Assembly (NCBI GenBank): GCA_013239625.1
Contig: MU054391.1
Span: forward strand, 6,407,824-6,471,823
Origin: Lama guanicoe
Taxonomy: Eukaryota
DNA length: 64,000 nt
Direction of reading: 5' to 3'
Under the pieces are notes generated by a model that had not been told where the DNA came from, made no database searches, and worked only from the letters and a program-made list of their open reading frames with translations. A program made the translations under genes and the position numbers. This document shows positions 37,650 through 49,689 of this stretch, piece by piece (position 1 is the stretch's first letter; each line of letters opens with the position of its first letter).

Positions 37650-40620
37650 ACAGACATTTAAATATGTCTTACTTATGCCTTATTCATTGTTCAGATCACT
37701 ATTGTCAACATTTTAAAAAAGTAATATATTTACACATTTAAAAAAAATCAAATAGTATAAAAACATACCAAAAAAAATTGAAAGTTCCACCTTCACCCCA
37801 GTTGCTCTCCCCATAGGTAACCAGTATTAGAGTTTTCTGTGGTTTCTTCCCTGGTGAAACAAAACAAAATGAAAAATAAACACACACACATACACACTCT
37901 TACATTCATGATCCAGCCCCAATATTGATAAATCTATTGAGTACAAACAGATTTGCAAATATGCTATTGATAATTCACTTGGGGTTACACTAAAATTAGT
38001 GGAGATTAACGTTCTTAAAAAATTCAGTGTTTCCATGAGCAGAGTTCATCTTTCAATTGACTTAATTCTTTTTCTTTGTTCCCCTGGAAAAGCTTTAATG
38101 TTTAATTCAAAAGGTCCTGCATAATATCTTATTTTTTCCCCAAGTGTTACAGTTTTTATTTGTTGCTATTGTAAATGAGATTTTTTTCTCTAAATAGTTA
38201 TTGTTTGTAAATGGAGATTTTCATGCATTGACTCCATGACCTGCTAACTTGTGAAATTCCTTATTGTTTCTAATGATTTTTCAGTTTAATCTGTAAGGTT
38301 TTTAGCCATGTGATCATATTGTCTGTAAATGATAATTTTCCCCCCGTTCTCTCATTTCTTTCTCTTGCTTAATTGCAGAGGCTAGTATTCCAGAAAAATG
38401 TTTAATTTGTCAGTGATGGTAGTGGATATCTTATTCTTGTTTCTGCCTTTAATTTGGATAATTTTAGTGTTTTACCATTAAATATTATTGAGCTCTTGTT
38501 TTGAAATATATTATCATGCTAAGGAAGTATCTGTTTCTGTTTTACTAAAAGTTTATCAGGAATAAGTACCGTAATCTTTTTCAAATTCATTTTGTGGCAT
38601 GTAACAAGTTGGTTGTTTCTTTCTTTGATATTAATATGGTATATTTATTAATAGATATCATAATTATTGAATCATCCTTGCATTCTAAGGAGAAACCCTG
38701 CCTGGAATGTTGAACTCCATTTGCTAACATTGTAAGATTTTGCATCAGTTTGCATGAATAGTAATAATACTAACATCATACCATTATTATCACATAATGA
38801 TAGCTAACATTTATTGAATGCCTACTCTGTGACAGCCCTGAGATGTGCAGTGACTGATGAAGGTTAGCTAAGATTAGAGAGTCTGGCTCCAGAGTCCTCA
38901 TTCTTAACCACAATATCAAGATTGGTCTATTGTGTGACTGCACAGAATTAGAAAGCTGTGTTAGTGTAAGAAAGGTGATGGCTTTGTAAGAAGAATTTGG
39001 AAGCGTTCCTTCTGTCTTGATTCTCTCTACACTGTTTAAAATGACATCAATTAACCACATGGGACTTCTGAGCACTTGAAATGTGGCTGGTTTGAACTGA
39101 GATGTGGGAAGTATGTAACACCCATCAGATTTCGATGCCTTAGTACAAAAGAGAGAACGTAAAATATCTCCGTACATTTTTAATGTTGGTCACCTGTTAA
39201 AATAATAATATTTTGGATACTGGGTAACATAAAATTTATTATTAAAATTAATTTAGTTGTTTTTACTTTTTTAAGCGTGGCTACTAGAAATGTTTAACTG
39301 ACATGTGTGGCTTGATTATGTTTCCACGGGACAGCACTGGGCTGAGCTCCAGACAGTGCTCAAACATGCACACGAATCCCCTGGGGATCTTGATAAAATG
39401 CAGTGTCTGACTCAGTGGGCCTGGGCTAAGCCTGGGATTCAGCATTTCTTCCAAGCTCCCCTGTGATCCTGGTGCTGCTGATCTGCTGACCATACTTGGT
39501 ATAGAATGGCCAAACACTTCACATCAGGGGCTCTCAAGGTGTAGTGTTTGTCAGAATCATCTGGAAGATTTGTTAAAACCTAGATTAAGTTCCCAGGTGA
39601 TGCTCATGATGTTGCTCCTGGCACCACGACTGAGAACAGCTGCTTTTACGTGGTACCATTACCAATGTACCAATGATAAAATTACCATTACCACGATTGG
39701 CTTCTGGAAGGTTTAAAATGTGTCGTTGTGACCACTGGGGCTTGCTATGTTTTCAAGAATAGCTCCAGTCACAAAATTTTCCAGGATTATTGGTCTCTTA
39801 GCTTTCTCTTTGTGGGAAGAGGTGTCTGGATTTTGGTAAACTTCATTTTCCTAGAGAATAATTCATTTCATCAACTTTTCCAAGTTATTTATACCACATA
39901 GTCTACTAATGTATATTTTTGTGAGTTTCTCTACTAATTTCTCATTTTTTTGGTATTTCATTTTCTTTGATTAGGCTACCCAGTGGTTTACCTATTTCAC
40001 TTATTAAGAGAAGCAACTTTTTTTGGTCAATTCCTTAAGATCAATTTTTATCACTTTTCTGATTTCTAATTTTACATTTATCCTAATTTCCTTCCTCTGG
40101 CTTTGTTTGGATTTATTTCCTTGCTCTTTTCTGTGAAACATACTGAGCTACATGCTGAATTCATTTATGTTCTTTTTTGTTTCCTTCTGTAACGTTTAAG
40201 GAATGAATTTTTCTCGAGGTATTATGTAACTTCTGACGTGTGGGATTTTCATCGTTTTTTTCCAGATGTTCTACGAGTTGTTTTGAATGCTTTTTAAAAT
40301 TTCTGGACTGTTGAGTTTTTTTGTTGTTTCTGTTTTTGTTTTTCATCTCTAATTCTGTTGCTTTGGGGTTTTTTTCATATTTTATTTTATTTTTTATTAT
40401 TGCTTTGTTGTTAGAGAATGAAATAAGTGCTCTTTCTACCTTCTGGAATTTGAAGTTTCCTTCGGTGCCTTTTCTACGTGTTGCATGGATGCCTAGGGTG
40501 GCTGGTTTCTCTTCTCGTTGTATAGAGTTGATGTCTCCTGGAGCCACAGTGTCAGTGATTTTCATATCTGCTGTATCCAAGTTCCCACACTTGTTGAACT
40601 TTGCTGCTCTCCCTGCTGGA
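37650..40620 (-). mobile_element. Highly decayed old L1 (L1ME-like), interrupted by MIR and hAT relics
   Basis: T-rich antisense L1 motifs (ttgttgctattgtaaatg, tagtgttttaccattaaata, ctaaggaagtatc). Confidence 0.6.
39045..39645. mobile_element. hAT-Charlie MITE relics (MER3/MER33-like followed by MER5A-like pieces)
   Basis: gagcacttgaaatgtggctgg, gtggctactagaaa, gacagcactg; then gaatcccctgggga, aagctcccctgtgat, gaatcatctggaag. Confidence 0.7.
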
Positions 40621-42362
40621 ACATAAAGGTCTGTGCCAGTTTTACTCCACTGAGGGCTGCCCTTTGATGCTCTCCATTGCTTCTGTTATATTGTTCCCTG
40701 TCTTGAGTCCACACCACCTGCTGGTTGTCACTTCCCTGTTTCACTTAGTGCCGTTCATTGATCACCCGTTGTGTGCCAGGCGCTGCCTTAGGCACCTTCC
40801 GTGTCTCTATGTCCTCATGGGATCTTCACCACAGCCCTGTGAACTGGGTGACAATCGCCACATTCTAGATGAGAACATTGATGCTGACCGAGTTAAGTCG
40901 CTGTGCATGGTCACGTAGCTGATGAGTGTCAGGCCTTCTAGCTTCTCCCCTGCCTGCCCTGCCTTCATCTCTTCCTTCAGGCCCTGCTGGGATAGTTTCT
41001 GCTTTGCTTAGTTGACCCAATACCGATGCCTGCACCCCCAACCCCCGCCCTCCCCTACCCACCCCCTTACCTCCCCCTCTCCCCGACTCCCAGCAGCTTT
41101 TGCCAAACCAAAATCCAGCCAGAGTCTAGCCAGCAGGGAATGAGGAATGTTGCTTTCTATGCTGGATGCCCTGGGTAAGGACCAGCCTGAGGCAACATGG
41201 TGAAATTCACCAAATGACTGCTTGGAGGTTGAATTTAGGATCAGGCACTCCGATTTTAGATCTGGGCCAGCTCCCGGGAGCCACCACCCTGCTGTTCTCT
41301 CAGCCTCAGCCCAGGCACGTCCACTCAGCCCTCTGCACAGCTTCATAGATGGAGCCACTTAGGCTTATTCTCAGGAGCTTAAGAGACAGCTTTCAATGGT
41401 TCTTTTTTGGCATTGGCTTTACTTCCTAGGTTCATATTCTCAACGAACAGCTTACACGTATCCATTCGCCTCTGAAGTGGTCTTTCCCGTCTCATCAAAG
41501 GCTCCCTTTGAACTCGAGCACCCGGTGCTCAAGCAGTCTGAGCACCTTCTTCCTGACTGTCCACTTGAGACTCCAGCGACGACGGAGCCCTGTGGCCTCC
41601 ACCCTAAGCCTGTGCCACATCTGTCCACTCTTCTGCCTTCTTCCAAACCATTTCATCTCGTTCTTTGTTTTTGCAGCAAACTCCTGACCCATCTCCCTGC
41701 TCCCACACGGCAGCCCCATTATCTTTTTAAAGACACACTATTGCGTGACTCTTTTGCTAGAAACCCTCCTGTGGTTTTCCAGTGCCCTCAGTAGAAGATG
41801 CTGCCTCTTGTTGACTGTGGCTCCTAGATCCCTAACTGATGGGGCCCCAGGTGTCCTCCTTCACAGCCACCTGGCCCACTCCCCTCCCGCCACACTGGCA
41901 CAACCTGTTCCCCGAGCCTGGAAGGCCCCCACCTGCCACCCTACCTTTGAAAGGTGGGCTCCTTCTTGTCGTCCCCTTCTCACTCTGAATGTCACTTCCT
42001 CCAGAAGCCTCCTCCAGACCAGCAGCCAGCCTAGTCCCTCGAGGTCATCCTGTTTTAACCCTCTGCATTCCCTACACTACCATTTAATGCTTTCCTTGTT
42101 CGTCTCTGTGTTTCTCTTGTAGACTATAAGCTCCCAGAAAGCAGGGGTATTTCTATGCCCAGCCTTCAGAACCGTGCCTGGCTCTTAGCAGGTGCTGAAT
42201 AAATATCAACTGAGTACACGTCCGTCATCTCACAGTGGTGGGCCTCCTCTGCTAGCACCCAGACCACCTCCTGTGGAACTTAAAAAAATACAGGTCCTTG
42301 GGCACCACCTCTGGGGATGCTGATTGGGTACATTTGGGTCAGGGCCTAGGAATCTGCATTTT

Positions 42363-43853
42363 GGCATAAAAATTTTTTAAATGGGTTTTAAAGATTATAG
42401 TCCATTTACAGTTATTACAAAATACTGGCTAAATTTCTTGGGTTGTACAGAACCTCCTTGTGGCCTATCTTATATCCAACAGCTTGTACCTCCCACTCCC
42501 CCACCACTGTATTGCTTCTCCCCCCTCCTCCCCACCATTAACCACTAGTTTGTTCTCAAGATCTATGAGTCTGTTTCTTTTGTTATGTTCATTACTTCCA
42601 TTTTTAAGAGTCCACATATAGTGGTATCATACAGTATTTTTCTTTCTCTGTCTGACTTATTTCACTTAGCATAATGCCCTCCGAGTCCACCCATGTTGCT
42701 GCAAATGGCAAAATTTCATTTTTTATGGCTGAGTAGTATTCCATTGTGTATATATACCCTACATCTTCTTTATGCATTCTTCTGTTGATGGACACTTAGG
42801 TTGCTTCCATACCTTGGCAATTGTAAATAATGCTGCCATGGACATTGGGGTACATGTATCTTGAATTAGTGTTTTCGTTTTGTTTGGGTATATAACCAGG
42901 AGTGGAATTGCTGGGTCATACGATAGGTCTATTTTTAACGTTCATTTTTTTTTAATGGAAGTCTTGGGGATTGAATCTGGGACCTTATACATGATTCTAA
43001 GCATGTGCTCTACCACTGAGCTATACCCATCCCCTATTTTTTTTTTTTTTTGAGAAACCAGCATAGTGTTTTCCACAGTGGCTGCACCAGTTTACCTTTC
43101 TACCAACAATGTTCCCTTTTCTCCACATCCTCACCAACATGTGTTACTTGTGTTCTTTTTGATGGTGGCCATTCTGACAGGTGTGAAGTGATATCTCATT
43201 GTGGGTTTGACTTGCATTTCCCTGATGATTAGCGAAGTTGAGCATCTTTTCAAGTGCCTGTTCATCTGTATTTCCTCTTTCAAAAAATGTCTGTTGAGTT
43301 CTTCTGCCCATTTTTTAACCAAATTGTTTGTTTTTTGAAGTTGAGTTGTTTGAGCTATTTATGCATGTTGGATGTTCATCTCTTATTTGGTCATATCATT
43401 TGCAAATATTTTCTTCCATTTAGCAGGTTGTCTTTTTACTTTGTTGATGATTCCCTTTGCTGTGCAAAAGCTTTTAAATTTAATTAGGTCCCGTTTGTTT
43501 ATTTTTGTTTTCATTTCCTTTACTTTGGGAGACAGCCAAAAAAAATATTGCTGCAATTTATGTCAGAGTGTTCTGCCTATGTTTTCTTCTAGGAGCTTTA
43601 TAGTATACAGTCTTGCACAGTTAGGTCTTTAATCTATTTTGATTTATTTTTGTATATAGTATTAGAGAATGTTCTAATTTCATTCCTTTCCATGTAGCTG
43701 TCCAGTTTTCCCAGCACCATTTATTAAAGAGACTGTCTTTTCTCCATTGTATATTCTTGTCTCCTTAGTCGTGGATAAATTGACCGTAAGTGCATGGGTT
43801 TATTTCTGGGCTGTCTATCCTGTTCCATTGATCTATGTGTCTGTTTTTGTGGA
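42363..43853 (-). mobile_element. 5'-truncated L1 inserted in a MER5A-like element
   Basis: ORF2 remnants ([38 protein letters not shown]); TSD gaa(t/c)ctgcatttt at 42350-42362 and 43854-43866 followed by aa. Confidence 0.9.
42937..43033 (-). mobile_element. tRNA-Ala-derived SINE (short form) nested in the L1
   Basis: ggggattgaatctgggacc...ctaccactgagctataccc; flanking ctattttt at 42929-42936 and 43034-43041. Confidence 0.85.
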
Positions 43854-44815
43854 GAACCTGCATTTTAAACAGAGGCGCAGGTGTTTCTGGGCAGGTGGGC
43901 TTGAGACGTTGAGGAATGTTGCTCTTGGTCACCAGCACTTACACAGCTACTGTCCCGTCTGAGCCTAAAGCATTTCTGGGAAGTGTCTCTTAAAGCCAGA
44001 GATTCTAAATTTATATTAAAGGGCTCATAAAAAAGTTTTTTTTTTCTGGACAAGTAATACATTCACATGTATCAAAGATAAAAACAATACACAAGGCTAC
44101 ACTCTGAGAAGTCTCCCTTACGCTCTCCAATCCAGCCCTTCCCTGGCCCCCACCTAGGAAGCCACTTTCATGAGTTGCTTGGATAAATTTCTGGTGCGTC
44201 TTTGTGCAAACACAAGCAAATTCCAGCATGTATTTTTATTTCTCCCCTTTTCAACCGCAAGGCAGCAATCCACATGTGCTCTTTAGCATCTTGCTTCCTG
44301 TTCACTTAACACCATCGCCGGGGAAATTTCTCCTATAGGTAGGTAGAGAGCTTTTCTTGCTTTTAAGCTACCTTGCATTCCCCGTGGGGGAGATGTCTGA
44401 GTTTATGAACCAGCCCCAGAGATGGACGCTTGGCTTTTACTTTTATGGGGAAGGGGACTGTAACCAGCAGCACATCATCTGGCTCCTACATCATTACTTT
44501 GCACGTAAAAGTGTGCAGGTGTCTCTGCAGGGTGAATTCTCAAAGGAAATTACTGGGCCAGGAGTCATATGCCTTTTTAATTTTGATGGCTGGTGTCAGA
44601 TTTCTCTGACCATTCTGCATTTTCACTAGCAATGAAATTTAATAGCCCCCAGTTTCCTATAATCTTTCTCGTCAAATGTGCTGTCAAATTTTGGCATTTT
44701 TATGATCTTGATAGGGAAGAAATTCTACCTCAGTGTAGTGTAGGCTTTAAAAAAATGGCTCTATTTAGACATAAATGACATGAAATAAATGATACATTTT
44801 CAAAGTGTAAAACTT

Positions 44816-44911
44816 TTTTTTTTTAACCTGGGTAGACTGTTTTATTTATTTATTTATTTATTTATTTACATTTTTTATTGATTCATAATCATTTTACAGT
44901 GTTGTGTCAAA
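44816..44911 (-). mobile_element. Very short, young L1 3' terminus with an (AAAT)n tail, inserted in an older L1M (about 44760-45420)
   Basis: Perfect 16-bp TSD tcaaagtgtaaaactt at 44800-44815 and 44912-44927. Confidence 0.8.
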
Positions 44912-47900
44912 TCAAAGTGTAAAACTTGACTTACGAATTTTGACATCTGTACAACCATCACCCCAGTCAAGATAATGAACATATCCATTACCCCCAAGTT
45001 TCCGTATGACACCTTCTTCAACACTAACCTGCTTTCTGTCACTGTAAGATTGAGTGCATGTTTTGGAACCTTTATATAAATGGAATGCTGTAGTCTGTAC
45101 TCTTTTTTGAGCTGTTTTTTCCATTCTGCATCATTATTTGGGATTTATCCATATCCATTTATCCATTGTAATGTGTATATTAATAGCCTTTTTAACTGCT
45201 GAGTAGTATTCCATTTTGTGAGTAAGCCACAATTTGTTTATCCATTCACTAAGGGGTGGAGACAGAGGAAGCTGGAGGATATTTAGATGGTTTCCCGTTT
45301 GGAGCTACTGAAAATAAAGCTGTTACGAACATCCATGTACAATCTTTGTACTGACATATGTTTTCGTTTCTCTTGGGTAAATGCCTACCCCTCGAGGCAG
45401 CTGGGATCTTGGTACCCAGAGTGTGAGTGCTTACATCCCCTTGACCTTCAAACCTTTTGTCTGCTTCCTGACCCTGTGGGATGGGCGTGGCTTGAAGGAG
45501 AGCCACTTTAGGACCCTCTAAAGCACGGGGTCCCGGGACACGGCCCCTTTGCCATGGACTAAGCTTGGTTACAGCTGCACTGAGTATGTTCTTTTGTAGA
45601 CAGAAACAATGCTAAGGGTTTTGGTTTGTTTGCTTTGTGTTTGTTTTTGTTGTTAAGAAATGCTCATTCTTTGAAAAGTTCATGTTCTGGGATACGAGAC
45701 AGAGGGGTAGAGGAATCATCTGGATCCTAGGTAACAAGTGAGTGAAGCAGGCATGCCTGGGGACCACAGTGGCCCTGAGGAGCATTGAACTGACACCTGC
45801 TTCGCATCCTAGGGCACCGATCCAGTCTGCTGGCCAGGATTTGCTGAGCGTCTGTGTATTTTCTAGGAGCCACTGTATGTTTGCAGGTGCTGATGATCAC
45901 CCAATTAATACATCTTCAGAGATCTGTTTGCTTGGTGGCGTACCAGACGAGGAAACCAGCACTTTTGCAGGGTGATAATTTACACGGTGGAGGGAGGGTC
46001 CTGGGGTAAGCTCCAGGAGGGCAGCAACAAAGGTCTGTTCACTACTGTTTCCCATAACATTGCCTGGGGCATAATGGACATAGTGTGTTTTTGATGAGCG
46101 CAGGAAGCAACATGTCCGGGTGGGGTGTTCTCCAACACTGTGTCATATTTGTTAGAGGTGACTTGCCTTGAGGAGAGGGCACTTGGGCTGTTATGAAGTG
46201 TGAGTAGCATCCAGGTGGCTCCAGAAGGCTGGCGTGGGAAGGGCAAGGGTGGGGAGAGGGGTGGAGAAAGAGGAGGCCGGACAGGGAGGGGCGTTCCTTG
46301 TAAACTCTACCAAGGGATTTGAACGTCAATATTTAAACTTCTTGGGAAACCACTGATAATGTTTAAGCAATACAATGGCACGCTAAGGTGTGTATTTTTA
46401 GAGATCCCTCTGGCTGCTGTGGGAGGGATGGGCAGGAAGAGGCTGGATTGGGAAAGGCAGGGAAAGCACAGAGGAGGCTGTTGAAGGAAACCCAGACAAA
46501 GATGGCATGACCAGCCTAGCACAGCCGCCCAGGGCAGGGCTCGGACAGATTTGTGGTGATGGGAAGGAAGGGAGCAGAGCCAAGGAACCTTGGAGAAGGT
46601 GGTGGCATCCAGCATAAAGGGCCAAAGCAGTGCTTGACATTTTCTTCCAGGCTGGGTCTCCATTCTTGAAGCCACGAGAAAGGGTGGGACATGTTTTTAT
46701 TGTTATTGTTGTCATTTTGTTTTTTTTTTAATTGAAATATAATTCACACTCTGTAATAGTTACCCCCTTAATGTGTACAATTCATTGTCTCCTGTATGCT
46801 TACAAAATAGTACAGCCACTGCCACCACCTAGTTCCAGAATGTTGTCATCATCCCCCAAAGAAACCCTGCACCCTTTAGCAGCCCCCTCCCAGGGAGCAT
46901 CAAACTGTCCTAGAGGCCTTGTCTTCGCCCTGGTCAACTAATAGGTCCCCATGTGACCTCAGGGAAGTCCCCACCTCTCCTTGGTCCCTAAAGGCCTTTC
47001 CAACTATGACCCCATGTGTTGATTCTGGGTGGGCAAATTGTGTTTTAGTCACACTTCCGTGACTCTAAAGTAATGTTTAAGGATTTTTTTTAATGGGAGG
47101 AGGGATTGTTTCATTTTATTTCTTACGGTAATAGAACACAGATCATTCTACTATAACTAACACCCCAATTAGCATCTTTGCATAAACCTTCGCCTTCATT
47201 TTAGGTGATCCAAAGTTACACTTCCAGAAATGGAATTATTGATTCAAAGGATATTTAAAGTTGTCTGCACATGCTGCTAAATTGTTTTCCAATGAGATTG
47301 CAAGAATGTTCCATCACACCCTTGTCAATTTAGTGCCTGTAAAAGACTTTGATCGTTTCCCTGGCAAAATGCAGATGATGTGTGATTGTTTTAATGCAGA
47401 TTTCTTGGATCACCAGCATGAATGAATACATTTTTCAGGTGCTTCTCAGTCACCTGTCGTCCCATTTTGTGATGTGTCCCTTCTGACCTTTGTCCCTCCA
47501 TCCCCTGGGAGGGCTGCGGGTTGCAGGACGCTGGTGGTGCTGTGTTCTTCACATGTGAGCACTGGGGCCCCTGCAGTCGCGCACAATGACTGGGTTTTTT
47601 GGCAGACTCTCCAGAACTTAGACAAGTGTGTGCTGGTGCTTTGGGAACTCCTGGTTTTTCCTAAAAGACCGCAAAGCATTTCGGCCCCATGCCCCTGCCC
47701 CCCCAATGCCCTGAGAGCAAATTTTCTCTGAAGGTAGATTGGCTTTTTGAAGAAGACCAAGAATTTCTATGCTGTGATGTGGGCAAATCAAGCTTCACAA
47801 AAGCCAAACTGGCCATAGTGAGTTCTGTTTTGCATGATGGGTGTGACTTTGCCATGTGGAATTCCTCTGAAGATGGAAGTATCTTTCCATTATTGAAACT

Positions 47901-49689
47901 CCAAGTTTCTGAGAAGCAAGGAGAGAATTCAAAGGAAAGTGTCAGTGGGCCCAGAGGGCCCAGAGGCCCCAGAACAGGAACCTTCCAGAGGCCTCACTGG
48001 ATCTTGTTTTCATAAAAAAGAAAGTCACTGAATTGCTCTCCTCACATTTTCCTGATGACTTTGCTGCGGGGCCTGTCCCCTGACTGAGGAGGAAGCAGAG
48101 AGACAAAGAGCAGGTGAGGTGCCCAGAGCCTGTGAGTCACCAGGGGACAGGCTGGGGGTCAGACTCCCGCCTGTGTGGAAGCTTCTGGGCCCCACTCCTC
48201 AGGCCGCCGTGCGGCCGCAGTGGGAGGTTTGGCCTGTGGCGGCCCCTGTACCTCGACACTGAGGCCAGTCAGCACTGTATGTGGGGGACTTGAGGTCTGG
48301 GTTCCCCACAGCGGGGCACGTTGGGCCCTGGTGTGCCCCCAGCTGCTGCTGGGGAGACCTGTCTTAGAGGCAGTGGGGACAGGTCGGTCCCACTTGATGC
48401 TGCGGCCACCAGCAAAGGAACTGAGGACAAGTTTCTCAGCCTCCCTGAGCCTGTTTCCTCAGCTCCTGGGGCTTCACCTCCATTTTCCCGTGAATTCAGC
48501 TGAATCTGTGCCAAGTGCCCTTCTGAGGACCGAGGACAGCTCACTAGATGGAGCCACCGTTATCCTTGCTTCAGGACCTCTGGGAAACTCCCTCTGCCCC
48601 TGCCTGTCACCTGTTGGCCCTCTCCCCCCAGGCACAGGGTAATTTCCGGAAGGCAGACCGACCTTAGCCTGCTTTGCTTGAATTATCCAGAAAACCCAGG
48701 AAAGGGGGAAAGCTCTCTATTTCGCGTCAGGTAGAGCTGAGGGCCTCCTCCCTCCTCAGTCCCGCTCCGCCCCGCCTCACCCCTGCGTAATGCGCCCACT
48801 CCTCCCCCCCACCTTACTCTTTCTCCCCTTGGGGGCTCCCAGATGACTTGCTAGAGTAACAGCAGTTAGTCTGAAAGAAATCTTAATGGGTTGTGCCCAG
48901 GTAGCATGCCATGCTCTTGTTTCCTTTATTAATTTATTGCTTTGTGTATTTGCAATCCTGTTATTGGCTTATTATTAATACATAACAATGGGATTTTTTA
49001 AATCCAAATTTCACTTCTGCAGCCCCACTCCCCAGAGGACACCATTTGAACAGTTGAGTGCCAATCTTTATCAACCTTTCTACACATAATCCAAGCTTGA
49101 GTTTTTATGTCTTCTGTTTTCTACAAAAATATGGTCATGACCCTCAATACTGTTTTATTTGCTTTTTTCCTCTTGCTGCACGATGTACGGCCTTTCATGA
49201 CAAGCCGTGAGAGGCCGGCCTCACTGGTTTTTAGAGACTTCTTGGTGATCCGTGATATCCCCTGGGTCCCTGTTGGTAACACTGAGATGGCTTCCTGTCT
49301 TCTGCAGTTACAAACCATTCTGCAGGGCACATCCTTGTGCACATGGTTTTGTGTGCAGGAGCCGGTGTATCAGAGGGACCAATTCCTAGAAGTAGAATCC
49401 TGGGCAAAAATATCTCTGTTAAAAATGTTTGATTGATATTCTGAAAATAACTCTCTGACTAAACTATGCCAAAATCAACACCATATCCCATGTCACCCCA
49501 TATCACCATGGCGTTGGTGTTCCTGTTTCCTAGAGTACTTGCCAGAGCTGAAATTATAAATCTTTTTAATATGCCCTTCTGGTAAGTGAAAAATGCTGTA
49601 TTACAGCAAGTGAGGTTGAGCTTTTATCTTAATGTTTATGGGCCATTTGTCGTTGCTCTGCCAAGCATTTCACCAGGCCTCACCATTAA

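Noticed and set aside
40161..40580. 139-aa Lys/Asn-rich ORF
   Set aside because: Compositional artefact of a decayed A-rich L1 strand
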